A DNA stretch of 64,000 bases from Eledone cirrhosa (GCA_964016885.1 OZ024762.1:15314001-15378000); one strand, 5' to 3'. Positions 25,023-40,837 are shown, numbered from the stretch's first letter. Numbers and translations are program-made. Notes: generated from the sequence alone by a model not told the origin.

Positions 25023-26204
25023 TATAAACATGAGTATATCAGTAGTTGCATGCTCCATCGAGCTGCGTCACCAGAACAAGGTTAAAGGACCAGCAGGGGG
25101 GTCCCGAGGCCAGCGCTATAGGGAAAAAGACAGAATACATGATGCACATAATGTCATAAAATGTCTTAAAAATTTATAAATTAAAAATTACACCAAAAAT
25201 GTATCACTTAAATGGTGCAGTAGATGATAAAGAGGTTGGGAGAGGGTAGCAAGGGCTTTTTGTTCCTTTATTGTTTTATATTTTTTATATTTATCTCTTT
25301 TCTTATCCCTGTATTTTTGTACTTTTTTATTATTATTTTTATTTTTTTTTTATTTTCTTATTGTTTCTGATCGTGCTGAGTAATACCCTCACTCATCCCT
25401 TGCTACCCTCACTCATCCCTTGCTACCCTCTCCCAACCTCTTTATCATCTATTGCACCATTTAAGTGATACATTTTTGGTGTAATTTTTAATTTATAAAT
25501 TATATATGTATATATACATGTGTATGTATGTGAGTGAGTGAGTGTGTGTGTGTGTGTGTGTGTCTGTGTATATATATGTGTATGTATGTGAGTGAGTGTG
25601 TGTATGTGTGTGTGTGTGTGTATATATATATGTGTATGGAATCATATCCCGTCTGAAACCCAAGCCGTACGCCAGTGTCTGGCTATCGCATTCTCAACAT
25701 ATCAGGTGTGTAACCTAGGTAAACGTAGACTCGTCACCAGGGTTCAAATAACGTCAAGAGAGTCAACACGATACTGGGACTACCAGCAGATACACATGGC
25801 CAGAGTATAGCTTCCCGCCCTCCCCACCACCACCACCACCACCACTACCACCACCACCACCACCACTATCACCACTACCACTATCACCACCACTATCACC
25901 ATCACCACCACTATCACCATCACCACCACCACCACCACCACTATCAGCACCACCACCATCACTACCGCCACCACCACTACCACCACCACCACCACCACCA
26001 TCACCACTACCACCACCACTACTCCGCTGCCGCCACCACCATCAACACCACCACCACCACCACCACCACCACCACCCTACCGCCACCACCACCACCACCA
26101 CCACCACTACCGCCACTTCTGCTTCCCCCTCACCATCACCATCATCTACCCCACCGTCACCACCACCACCACCATCACTTCCAAGCAGAAGTTTAGTGGT
26201 GACG

Positions 26205-26245
<41 letters not shown>

Positions 26246-26693
26246 GCATGGGAGGTGCAGCCGTAACATGTGGGCCGAATGGTGAAGCAGTTTGCTCCGC
26301 TATCCTTAGGTCCCTCGTTTGATTTCGATCCCGAATTCAAACCAGGGACATCTGAGGCAATTGTCCTTTACCCTGGTTTCATGTCAGCCTCATGTCCTGT
26401 CAGTGAACATTGGATAAACGGAAACTGTCTGGAAGTCAGGTGGACTGCACTGTAATTCAAAAGCCAGTCATGCCACACACTATGTCACTCCGAATCTCCC
26501 TGAGAGATTACCTTAAAGTTACCCGAGGGTGTGGTAAGATACCAGGTGGACCATAACGCACCAGAGTATTCGATACTTAGGGTAGTAGAGTGGGTAATAG
26601 GAAAAGAGGCAGGACGCCGACGGCAGAGCTCCGGCCGTTCAGATCTAGCTGTCGAAACGACCGGAGCTTAGCCGTCGGGGTCCTGACTCTTTT

Positions 26694-26749
<56 letters not shown>

Positions 26750-27412
26750 CATATATTTATGGGGGTTGTAAAGTTCCTAATCTGACTGACTATGAATGAG
26801 AGATGCTAGAGCTGTGAAATCTCTTATAAATAATTACATTGTTTTCTTCCAGGGACTATATCATTAAAAACATAAACCTCATTTAGTCATTCCATGAGAG
26901 TATCTTGGTCAGCCTATGAAGGAATGATGCTAGAGCTGTGAAATCTCTTATAAATAATTACATTGTTTCCTTCCAGGGACTATATCATATTAAAAAAAAT
27001 AAACCTCATTTGGTCATTCCATGAGAGTATCTTGGCCAGCCTATGAGGTTTTCAGCCGACAGTCCTATATAGCGTACAGCCCAACAAAAGTACTAAAATA
27101 CTCATCAGTACAAGTAATTTAGGCTAACACCATCTAGTAGAGGGTGTTTCTTGGTATTATTAGTCACAAATATGGCTAATAAAGCTAGTCTAATAAATCT
27201 ACTTAGACCTCCATAAAAACGAGGGTAGTTTTACGGTCCAGCAACAATCTCTTTGATGGCAGACGACTGCACTTCTTTTCTGGCTCATCAACGATATAAT
27301 AATGTAATTAGGAAATATATTTAACACGTCAGAGCCTGCGTAGGAAGACACCACACGACTCGAACAAAACTTCGCTACTACACAATATAGATGTAGGTGT
27401 GGTATATAAATA

Positions 27413-27514
<102 letters not shown>

Positions 27515-27693
27515 CATATATATATATATGAATATATATACATATGCATATATATATATGGATATATATACATATATATATATGTATATGTATATATATG
27601 TATATATATATATGTGTGTGTATATATATATATGTATATATATCCGATATATGCATAGTTTTATTGTTCTACAATAAAACTCACCTCCTACAT

Positions 27694-27727
<34 letters not shown>

Positions 27728-27733
27728 TATGTA

Positions 27734-27793
<60 letters not shown>

Positions 27794-27875
27794 TACATAT
27801 ATATGTATATATATGTATGTATATGTATATATTTATATATATATAGACACACCCACACACACACACATACACACA

Positions 27876-27920
<45 letters not shown>

Positions 27921-28029
27921 CTGTATATATGTGTGTGTGTATGTAAAAGGTAAACAGAAATAACAAAACAAGCGGCACAATAGATGGAAGAAATATATTA
28001 GTTTAACGCTTGAAATAGCACGAAGATAG

Positions 28030-28065
28030 TCTTAACGTTTCAGACACTAATCCTTCATCAGAAGA
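28030..28065 (-). ncRNA. Minimal type I hammerhead
   Basis: Reverse: TCTT-CTGATGA-AGGATTAGTGTCT-GAAA-CG-TT-AAGA; same family as 43303. Confidence 0.7.
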
Positions 28066-28384
28066 TAGAGTTATAAATAGAAAATAAATAGAAATTAAAA
28101 AGTGATGAGACAGCCATCTTATAATAAGATGTTCATACATATGTGTGCGCGGGGGGGGGGGATATGAAAGCTGTTTTGGGTGCGAATAATTCTATTTTAT
28201 ATTTTACTTATTAACGTTAAGATTTCACAGGCAGACATTTTGAAATTAATTCAACTTTTCCATTGATATATTTCGGAAGAGTCGCCTTTATCAAGAAATG
28301 TATGAATTATAGTCAGGAATTCATTTGTATATGACGAGCCCCTTACCCTCCCTCCACACACATACCCTTGAATCGATATAATGG

Positions 28385-28670
28385 AACCGTCTGTGTTCAG
28401 GGAACGTGAGGCCGCCTGTGAGACGTGGGACAGACTCACAGGCCAGCTCGACCGGCACCGCCTTGCCTGTTTTCGCGCGGCCTCCAAACACCCCCACAGT
28501 GGTGCCTGGCTCCATGCCTTGCCCGCCTTCTCCACAGGCACGCAGCTGGATAACGATAGCCTCCGCATCGGCGTTTCCTTGAGGCTTGGACTCCGGATCT
28601 GCGAGCCACATAAATGTCGCTGTGGATCCACCGTGGACTCTTTCGGACTCCACCTGCTTTCCTGTCGCCA
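28385..28670 (+). mobile_element. CRE-clade non-LTR retrotransposon fragment (zinc knuckle upstream of RLE)
   Basis: [10 protein letters not shown]...[43 protein letters not shown]. Confidence 0.75.
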
Positions 28671-28959
28671 CTACAGTAAATATGATATATAAATTGATTG
28701 CACTAAGTTAGTCTGTTAAGTTTGATGGATACAAGTAAAAGAACAAGTGTAAATATTTATAAGAGCTACGTGGCCTTGTTTGTGGATTATTTACTAGGAC
28801 GTGTTTTGATACAAAGAATTGGTAATATTACTGTAATTCAATGTGGTTTTGTTTTTATTTGTTTAGAGATCAGTTCGGCTTCTGCTACTGATACGGACCT
28901 TTCGATTATATTGGGTTGAGTCATAAATAATTTTCTTCCTCTTCTTCGCCCACTTATTC

Positions 28960-29832
28960 CTGAGAGGGTAGTGGCTGCAGAGTCCGCAAACACTCCTTCT
29001 AGTGGATCCTGTCAGAAGCAACCGTCTCCAGATGATCCGGCTAGATCCCCAAACGAGTCCAACCAAGCCCATGGATGTTATCCAACCATCTTGCTCGGGC
29101 TCTACCCATAGGTCTCCTGCCAGTTGGTTTTGCCCATAAAATCTGTCTAGTGATTCTTTTGAGACATTCTAACCACATGTCCATAGTATCAGAGCTGTGA
29201 TCTTTCAATTCAGAGAAGTAGCAGCTCTACCTGGAGTGACTCTCTGATCTCTGAGCTACAAATCTGTTCAGTGATTCTTTCCTGAGACATTCTAACCACA
29301 TGTCCATAGTATCAGAGCTGTGATCTCTCAATTCAGAGAAGTAGCAGCTCTACATGGAGTGACTCTCTGATCTCTGAGCTACAAATCTGTCCAGTGATTC
29401 TTTCCTGAGACATTCTAACCACATGTCCATAGTATCAGAGCTGTGATCTCTCAATTCAGAGAAGTAGCAGCTCTACCTGGAGTGACTCTCTGATCTCCGA
29501 GCTTCAAATCTGTCCAGTGATTCTTTCCTGAGACATTCTAACCACATGTCCATAGTATCAGAGCTGTGATCTCTCAATTCAGAGAAGTAGCAGCTCTACC
29601 TGGAGTGACTCTCTGATCTCTGAGCTACAAATCTGTCCAGTGATTCTTTCCTGAGACATTCTAACCACATGTCTGTAGTATCAGAGCTGTGATCTTTCAA
29701 TTCAGAGAAGTAGCAGATCTACCTGGAGTGACTCTCTGATCTCCGAGCTACACACTTTATCGAGTAACGTTACTCCAAAGAGCCCTCGGAAGAACCTCAT
29801 TTCGGTCGCTTGTATTCGCGATCGTATTCTTT
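28960..29832 (-). mobile_element. RTE-clade LINE fragment with 5x ~123-bp tandem amplification
   Basis: RIQATEMRFLR...SSEIRESLQVE..IERSQL.YYGHVVRM...GRRPMGRARARWLD; GAGACATTCT at 29161, 29284, 29408, 29530, 29653. Confidence 0.75.
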
Positions 29833-30096
29833 CCATTTTAGTAAAATAGTTTATTCATAAACAATTTATCAATATTATATTTCAATCAATAGTATATTCG
29901 CCATTATATTCAATCACCTCTTGCAATTTATCAGGTAGCTTATTGATTCCTATCACATAAGAAGTTTTCCACAAATGTTCTCACCCGATCTTCTTGAGAA
30001 CTTCAAGCCCCTCAAAAGTAGTTTCTTTGTTAGAGTCGACCACAAGAATCTTTAAAAATTGTCTAAAATATTCGAATTTAACACGAGTATATACGG

Positions 30097-30270
<174 letters not shown>

Positions 30271-30355
30271 CGTGTGTGTTCGTGCATTCATGTTATAATA
30301 TATATGTATGTATATACAAACACCCACACGTATATATATACTACTACTACTACTA

Positions 30356-30394
<39 letters not shown>

Positions 30395-30440
30395 ATATAT
30401 GTATATATGTTATAAATATGTCTATCTATCTATCTATCTA

Positions 30441-30502
<62 letters not shown>

Positions 30503-30633
30503 GAGGTTATATTTAATTTGTTGGAATTCAACAAGCTTAACAATTTTTATAACTGATATAAAGCACTCAACAGTTTAGTGGAGTAAATATACAATATATT
30601 AATAAATGGAAACTATATTTATAAAATCATATT

Positions 30634-30678
30634 TATTTTATTATATATATTTCAAGTGCGCTTTCATCAGATAAAATA
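30634..30678 (-). ncRNA. Hammerhead motif (family A, short helix II)
   Basis: Reverse: TATTTTAT-CTGATGA-AAG CGCA CTT-GAAA-TATATA-TA-ATAAAATA. Confidence 0.75.
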
Positions 30679-30750
30679 CACAGTTGTTTTATAAATAAAT
30701 ATTGACATACCCGGAAAAAAGACAACCTTAATGTTGGAGCTTCCTGGATA

Positions 30751-30797
<47 letters not shown>

Positions 30798-30997
30798 AAC
30801 AAAAGATGGTTAAAAGAGTTTCATGTATTTTATTATGCGCATTTCAAAATTGAAATGCGCATAATAAAATACATGGAACTCTTTTAACCATCTTTTCTTC
30901 TTATATATTATGTATACTCCAGTCCTACAAACTGTAGAGTGCTTCTTATCCGATATCTGCATTGCTTTATTGTACTACAATAAAACTCACCTCCTAC

Positions 30998-31040
<43 letters not shown>

Positions 31041-31167
31041 CGTAGTTAAGAAAGCCACAACAATGCAGAGGGAAATCTCGAGGTAGGAAGTGAAAGATAG
31101 ATAGGAAAAACAGGTGAAAGTGAAAATTGAGAGAGACAAAGATGAAAACAAAACAAAGGTAGAAGGG

Positions 31168-31233
<66 letters not shown>

Positions 31234-31362
31234 GTGAGGTTTTTTTTACAAATTGAAAAATAACCGAGGTGTCCTACACGAGTGAAAGTATAAAGAAAAA
31301 GAGATGAAATCGAAAATGCAAATGGAGTCTTATTTTTAAAAAATATATATATTTATTTGGTT

Positions 31363-31400
31363 CCTTTACCGGTTTCGCAGTTCTTCTGCTTTTCAAAAGG
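31363..31400 (-). ncRNA. Hammerhead with U3-A8 core (left arm of palindrome 31291-31588)
   Basis: Reverse: CCTT-TTGAAAA-GCAG AAGAA CTGC-GAAA-CCGG-TA-AAGG. Confidence 0.7.
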
Positions 31401-31474
31401 TGAGTTGAGATGGAGGGTCTGTGGTTTTTCTCCCACTTGCAGATGTGAGAAAAACCACAAACTCTCCATCTCAA

Positions 31475-31518
31475 TTCTACTTTTGAAAAGCAGAAGAACT
31501 GCGAAACCGGTAAAGGAA
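31475..31518 (+). ncRNA. Hammerhead with U3-A8 core (right arm)
   Basis: TTCTACTT-TTGAAAA-GCAG AAGAA CTGC-GAAA-CCGG-TA-AAGGAA. Confidence 0.7.
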
Positions 31519-31599
31519 CCAAATAAATATATATATTTTTTAAAAATAAGACTCCATTTGCATTTTCGATTTCATCTCTTTTTCTTTATATATATATAT

Positions 31600-31930
31600 A
31601 ACGAAGGAAATGTGGTAAGGAACCAAGTGGACCATAACGCACCTAAGTACTCAATACTTAGGGTAGTAGAGTGAGTAATAGGAACAGGTAAGACCCCGAC
31701 GGCTGAGCTCAAGCCGTTTCGACGGCTAATTCTACCCCTTCCCCCACCATTTTGCTATCACAGATTTACTACTAACTTGTGATGTGACCAATCCTGGTGT
31801 TTATCTCTTTGACCATATATGGAATTAACCCTTGACAAGCTCGGCTATTTAAATACCAGAATAAATTTTCATTCAGTCCAGAATTAGCCGTCGAAACGGC
31901 TTGAGCTCAGCCGTCGGGGTCTTACCTGTT

Positions 31931-31977
<47 letters not shown>

Positions 31978-32164
31978 CGAAGGAAATGTGGTAAGGAACC
32001 AGGTGGACCATAACGCACCAAAGTACTCAATACTTAGGGTAGTAGAGTGGGTAATAGGAACCAGTAAGACACCGACGGCTGAGCTCAAGCCGTTTCGACG
32101 GCTAATTCTGGACTGAATTAGCCGTCGAAACGGCTTGAGCTCAGCCGTCGGGGTCTTACTGGTT

Positions 32165-32167
<3 letters not shown>
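31600..32167. mobile_element. Cluster of family B half-hammerhead elements
   Basis: Copies at 31600-31731(-), 31873-31934(+), 31977-32167 (fold-back). Confidence 0.7.
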
Positions 32168-32247
<80 letters not shown>

Positions 32248-32248
32248 G

Positions 32249-32421
<173 letters not shown>

Positions 32422-32593
32422 TATATATATATAAAGTATACATATACATGCTTATATACATATTTATATATGTATATATATGTACACATGTATATGTTGT
32501 AAGAATATATACACATATATATGTATATGCATATATATATACATATATCTATATTATATAATATTATATATATGTATTATATATATATATATA

Positions 32594-32679
<86 letters not shown>

Positions 32680-32686
32680 CACACAC

Positions 32687-32750
<64 letters not shown>

Positions 32751-32773
32751 TATATATAAAATAAATATATAAA

Positions 32774-32804
<31 letters not shown>

Positions 32805-33232
32805 ACATATATACACATATATATATAGGCAGAGGAAGTGAGGTAAATATTCAAATATATAGATAAAAAAATATATATATTCTTCAAGAATGTTCTAAGA
32901 TACATAGACATGTATATATATTTATATACACGTCTTGTCAAACTAGTGGTACTTGTGCATTTTTGTATGTATATATACACCCGTATATTTTGGATACATT
33001 TGTATAAACACAGATCTAGCATGAGATATACAGTAATATATACACAGAGAGCAAGGACCTCTATCTATCCATGTCTACATATATACACACATTTCTATGT
33101 TCATGTGTGTATATATAAATTATATGTATATGTGTATATGTATGTGTGTATGTATGTATGTATGTATGTATGTATGTATGTATGTATGTATGTATGTATA
33201 TATGTGTGTATACATATTTGTATATATGTATG

Positions 33233-33263
<31 letters not shown>

Positions 33264-33427
33264 TGATACACACATATGTAGATACATATTGATATATAGT
33301 ATATATATATACACACACATATATATATATTTATATATATATATGTATATATATATATATGTATATATATATATACACATACATATATGTGTATGTGTAT
33401 ATATATATGTTTAAATATATATGTATC

Positions 33428-33485
<58 letters not shown>

Positions 33486-33603
33486 TCCGACATACACGAC
33501 ACATTTGTACATTTGTATCTCATTACACTGATAAACATACGTATAAGGTTACATATGAAGATATATACATACCCAGGGTTATATATACATATAGGAACAA
33601 GTA

Positions 33604-33659
<56 letters not shown>

Positions 33660-34082
33660 CACATATATATATACATATATGTGTGTATGTGTGCGTGCGT
33701 GAGAGAATGTGTGTATGTTCAAATATACATATATATATACGATGTACACACACACAGACATATATATGTATATATATATGTATATATATATATACAAGCA
33801 AACCTATATACCTACACACATATATACCTACGGACACACACACACAGCCATATATATATATATATATACATACATATACATTTATATATACACATACATA
33901 TTTACATACATACAAGCATTTAGTATGTGCATACATATACATTTATATATACACCTACATTTATATATACACATACATATATACACATATACAAGTATAC
34001 ATACATACATGCATACATACATACATACACCATGAGATATGACACACCATGTCCTCCACGCAATGCTCGTTTGGCAGGAGAT

Positions 34083-34438
34083 AGACCTCTAGACATCCAG
34101 AGCTCCAGACCTCGAGATCTCCAGACGTCCAGAGCTCCAGATCTCCAAACGTCCAGAGCTCCAGACCTCTAGATCTCCAGACATCCAGAGCTCCAGACCT
34201 CCAGATTTAGAGACGTCCAGAGCTCCAGACGTCGAGAGCTCCATACCTCCAGATCTCCAGACCTCCAGATCTCCAGACCTCCAGATCTCCAGACCTCCAG
34301 AGCTCCAGACCTCCAGATTTAGAGACGTCCAGAGCTCCTGACGTCGAGAGCTCCAGATCGCCAGACCTCCAGATGTCCAGAGCTCCAGAGCTCCAGACCT
34401 CCAGATCTGAAGACGTTCGGAGCTCCAGACGTCCAGAT
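34083..34438. repeat. 8-bp-unit minisatellite (CTCCAGAY/G)
   Basis: Direct reading. Confidence 0.85.
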
Positions 34439-34815
34439 CATTTCCGCCAGAGGAAATAAACCAGCATGGCCAAATGAAAATCTGGAGGTAAGACGCGACG
34501 GTCAGGTTGTAATAAATGAAGCAGGGGTGACCCTCGTCAGATCGGGCAAACAATGCCAGGTACCAATGTCGTCAAAATATTCATATATATACAGGAGGGC
34601 CATAACGCACCAGAGTACTCAATAATTAGGGTAGTAGAGTGGGTAATAGGAAAAGAGTCAGGACACCGACGGCTGAGCTCCGGCCGTTTCGACAGGTAGA
34701 TCCGATCTGGGTGTCGAAACGGCTGGAGCTCAGCCGTCGGTGTCCTGACTCTTTTCCTATATAAACATATATATATATACATATATATAAACATATATAT
34801 ATCTATATATATATA

Positions 34816-34950
<135 letters not shown>

Positions 34951-34999
34951 ATATATATATATATAATTGCACAATTGTATATTATTAAATCTTCAATAA

Positions 35000-35210
<211 letters not shown>

Positions 35211-35382
35211 ACGAAGGAAGTGTGGTAAGGAACCAGATGGACCATAACGCACCAGAGCACTCAATACTTTGGGTACTAGAGTGGGAAATAGGAAAAAGTA
35301 TGACCCCGGCGGCAGAGCTCTAGCCGTTTCGACGGCTATTTCTGGAAACGGCTAGAGCTCTGCCATCGGGATCATACTTTTT

Positions 35383-35419
<37 letters not shown>

Positions 35420-35577
35420 GTGTGTGTAGAGAGAGAGAGAGACAGGGAGGGGCCATTTATCACGGTACTAACGCAAAGAGTTTTCCGATAGTTCTCTAGA
35501 TATTGCTCACCTGTTCATTGTGTCAGTTATATAATAAACGTTAATCCTTTAACCGTGAAATTGATGTATTCATGTGA

Positions 35578-35638
<61 letters not shown>

Positions 35639-35933
35639 AAATATGATAATAATGGCTGCGCGTTGCAAATGGTGGGGCATATGAAAAAGTAAGTCCTTCA
35701 TCAGTGACCCTCCAACCGTCCCAGGCATTTCATCGCTATACAATATATTAACAAATGGAAACTATATTTATAAAACCATATTTATTTCATTATACATATT
35801 TCAAGGGCCACCAAGGCAGATTATGGTGCGCTTTCATAAAATATAAAATATAATATAGATTAGTTTTATAAATAAATATATATATATATGTTCAAGTATG
35901 AAACCAGGCCGTAGCCAATATAATGTTGGGTAT

Positions 35934-36031
<98 letters not shown>

Positions 36032-36301
36032 CGAAGGAAATGTGGTAAGGAACCAGGTGGACCATAACGCACCAAAGTACTCAATACTTGAGGTAGTAGA
36101 GTGGGTAATAGGAACCAGTAAGACCCCGACAGCTGAGCTCAAGCCGTTTCGACGGCTAATTCATATATATATATATATATATATATATTAGTATATGAGG
36201 GGCCAAATAGACACGACCCTCTCATCTCCAGGCCTCCGAAAGGGATTTTATATATATACATACATATACATACATATACAAACACATACAAACATATATA
36301 A

Positions 36302-36379
<78 letters not shown>

Positions 36380-36535
36380 GTTTCTACTTTTGGCACAAGG
36401 CCAGCAATTACCCAGTACATTACTGGTACTTTATTTTATCGACCCCGTAAGGATGAAAGGCAAAGTTAACCTCGGCATAATACTGGATATACACGAACAA
36501 ATACGAACTTATGTGCGGGGAGTACATATACATGC

Positions 36536-36567
<32 letters not shown>

Positions 36568-36580
36568 ATATATATATATA

Positions 36581-36629
<49 letters not shown>

Positions 36630-36634
36630 GTGTG

Positions 36635-36935
<301 letters not shown>

Positions 36936-36947
36936 TTATGTGTGTGT

Positions 36948-37012
<65 letters not shown>

Positions 37013-37424
37013 TAGAGGCGGCTATGCTGTAATGCGCGCGTTTACGTGTATGGGGAGAAAGTTACAGCAACAAGTGTGTTGAGAGAGAGAGGAGGGAGAG
37101 GGGGTGAGAAAGAGAGAGTGAGAATGATAGGGGGGGGTGAGAAAGGGAGACAGAGTGTGAGAGTGACAGAGAGACATATATTAAAATATTAAAGGAGAAA
37201 ATGCGAGGGGGAGTGTTAGTATAGAGAAGTAGGGAGGGGGAGGAGGAGAAGGAAGGAAGAAGAGGGGGAGGATGGGGAGAGGAGGTGGTGATTGTGTGAG
37301 AGAGGAAGGTAAGAAGAAGAAGAAGAAAAGAGTAAAGAGGTATGTTTGTAAAGGAAGAATGGAGAGAGTGAGGTAAGTAGATAGATAGAGAGATAGATAG
37401 ATAGACAGACATAGAGAGATAGAC

Positions 37425-37461
<37 letters not shown>

Positions 37462-37478
37462 GAGAGGAATAGATAGAC

Positions 37479-37511
<33 letters not shown>

Positions 37512-37529
37512 AATTGATAGGATAGATAG

Positions 37530-37600
<71 letters not shown>

Positions 37601-37612
37601 TAGATAGACAGA

Positions 37613-37728
<116 letters not shown>

Positions 37729-38079
37729 GATAGGATAGATAGATAGGATAGACAGAGAGAGAGATAGAGACAGAGAGAGAGGGAGAGAGAGAGAGAGAGA
37801 CTGCGTGTGAGAGGTATAGATAGATAGAGACTGAAAGAGGGGAGGAGATATAGATAGAGGGAGAGAGAGAAAGAGAGCGAGAGAGAAATAGAGAGGGTGT
37901 AATAGTGAGGTAGGGTGTGAGTGCGCTAGCCTTTCCCACCCGCTTGCTTCGTGCAGCAGGAAGGCTGGCAGAGAGTTGTCTGACCGTGTTAGTATATGCA
38001 GGGTTGTTTAAATGTGTCCATCAGTGCTGTCAGGTCGTCCTAGCTAAGGGACTCCCAGTGCAAATTACTTAAGGTCGTA

Positions 38080-38236
38080 ATGGCAGGGTCACACTGGTTG
38101 CTGCTAAAACAACACCAACAGCAGCAACAACAACAACATGAACAACAATATGAAGAAGAAGAAGATGAAGATGAAGTACAACAACAACAATATCATGAAC
38201 AAAAACAACAGCAACAGCAATATCATCATCATCAGG

Positions 38237-38282
<46 letters not shown>

Positions 38283-38926
38283 TCGTCAGCAACAGCAACA
38301 GCAACAAAAACGGCAGTACCACCACCACCACCACACATCTTGCCTGTCCTTACGAGTGGCCCTTTTTTCCGCGGTCCTTTTTCTCATGAGCTTCAACGAG
38401 GCCGTGGTTGTCGCCCACGGCCTCGGCGTCGGCGACGGTGCCGGCAGAGGCGCCGGCGCGGGTAGAGGAGGCAGCGCCATTGGCGGAGGCAGCAAAGATG
38501 TGATCAAACCTTACAATTTGGATACTTCGATGACGGAAGATTGGGCTGGTCTTCGTATGCAAAGGCACCGCTGTGTGGACATACCGTCGAATTTACCCCT
38601 GTGTCAGAACGTGGGCTATAAGCAGATGAGGCTGCCGAATTTCTTTGCCCACGATAACATAGCCGAGGTCAGCCAACAATCGGCCGTATGGGTTTCGTTG
38701 ATAGGCAGAAAATGTCACCCGGACACAAAACTCTTCCTCTGTTCACTTTTTACCCCGATATGTTTGGATCAAGTTATTAACCCCTGTTATTCATTGTGCA
38801 CGGCCGTCAAACAGAGCTGTGAATCTATTATGCTCCAATGGGGATACCCTTGGCCGAAAATACTCGGGTGCGACCAATTTCCACTGGATCATGATTTGTG
38901 TATCCATCCTCAAAATACCATTCCAG
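38080..38926 (+). CDS. SFRP: Secreted frizzled-related protein (SFRP1/2/5 type), first coding exon with Frizzled cysteine-rich domain
   Basis: GTAATGG start after in-frame stop at 38041; hydrophobic segment at residues ~88-114; 10-Cys [59 protein letters not shown]; donor CCAG|GTAAAT (phase 1). NTR-domain exons not found in window. Confidence 0.9.
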
Positions 38927-39021
38927 GTAAATATACACACCTATATACATACATACATAGTTGTTTATTGCTATATATCTCATTCTATATCTGTTATATA
39001 TATTTTTTTTGTGTGTGTGTA

Positions 39022-39091
<70 letters not shown>

Positions 39092-39124
39092 ATATATATA
39101 TGATGCAACACTGATTCTTTGTTC

Positions 39125-39127
<3 letters not shown>

Positions 39128-39169
<42 letters not shown>

Positions 39170-39263
39170 TATATGGAAATATATACATACATATAAATGT
39201 TCATATTCACAAAAATAAAAGATATATATGCATATATAAATATGTATATATATGCATATATAC

Positions 39264-39350
<87 letters not shown>

Positions 39351-39356
39351 TGTATA

Positions 39357-39417
<61 letters not shown>

Positions 39418-39460
39418 GTATATATATACATATATATATATATGTATATATATATATATG

Positions 39461-39511
<51 letters not shown>

Positions 39512-39518
39512 GTATATA

Positions 39519-39581
<63 letters not shown>

Positions 39582-39584
39582 GTA

Positions 39585-39666
<82 letters not shown>

Positions 39667-39689
39667 CATATATATATATGTATATATAT

Positions 39690-39733
<44 letters not shown>

Positions 39734-39788
39734 GTATATATATACACACACATATATATATATTATATATATATATATATATGTATAA

Positions 39789-39821
<33 letters not shown>

Positions 39822-39961
39822 AATATATATATATATATGTATAAATATATATATGTATATATATATAAATATATATATATATACACATATATGGATACAC
39901 TTATACATATATATATATATATAAATATATATATATACACATATGTGGATACACTTCTGCA

Positions 39962-40006
<45 letters not shown>
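39128..40006. repeat. (TA)n microsatellite field in SFRP intron
   Basis: Direct reading. Confidence 0.95.
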
Positions 40007-40010
<4 letters not shown>

Positions 40011-40188
40011 CATCTCTTCTCACACTATATATATACACACACTGTATATGTTGATATATATATTCATGTGTATATGAGTGTGTGTGCGTGAGGTGTATAA
40101 AAATATATAGATATTATTTATTTAAAAGGAAGGTTACATATATTTATTTGTAACGTAATACATATGTGAGAACGTAGGTGTGTGTGTT

Positions 40189-40272
<84 letters not shown>

Positions 40273-40541
40273 TATATATATATATATATATATATGCCTA
40301 CATAAACACACACATAAACACATATTTATATATACATACGTACCTATATGGGTGTGTGATTAAATATGTATTTTTTATATTGATGTAAATTATACAGACA
40401 CACACTCACACATATATATATTTAATTTGTTGGGATACAACAAGCAAAATATTTTTATAACTGATATAAAGCACTCAACAAATTATTGGAGTAAATATAC
40501 AATATATTAACAAATGGAAACTATATTTATAAGACCATATT

Positions 40542-40607
40542 TATTTCATTATACATATTTCAAGGGCCACCAAGGCTAACAATGGTGCGCTTTCATCAGA
40601 TAAAATA
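40542..40607 (-). ncRNA. Hammerhead motif (family A, left arm of fold-back 40420-40880)
   Basis: Reverse: TATTTTAT-CTGATGA-helix II-GAAA-TATGTA-TA-ATGAAATA. Confidence 0.75.
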
Positions 40608-40771
40608 TAATATAGGTTATTTTTGACATACCCTGAAAAAATGCAACCATTCTGGTTGGAATCTCCTGGATATTGGAGTTATTAGATTTATTGTTGGTTT
40701 ATTATGCAAATTAGAATGGTTGCATTTTTTCAGGGTATGTCAATATTTATTTATAAAACTAACCTATATTA

Positions 40772-40837
40772 TATTTTATCTGATGAAAGCGCACCATAGT
40801 TTGCCTTGGTGGCCCTTGAAATATGTCTAATGAAATA
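40772..40837 (+). ncRNA. Hammerhead motif (family A, right arm)
   Basis: TATTTTAT-CTGATGA-helix II-GAAA-TATGTC-TA-ATGAAATA (helix III mismatch). Confidence 0.65.

Noticed and set aside
30795-30902. Palindrome with GAAA as possible HHR
   Set aside because: No CUGANGA and no convincing helix III; probably a truncated fold-back element end.
34520-34545. Minus-strand CTGACGA-GGG TCA CCC hairpin; also CTGATGA at ~35698-35704(-)
   Set aside because: No GAAA or helix III follows.
35780-35850. Family A hammerhead copy
   Set aside because: Core mutated (no CTGATGA); counted as element remnant only.
38927-39114. ORF continuation beyond the SFRP CRD
   Set aside because: Read-through past the GT donor into intronic microsatellite.
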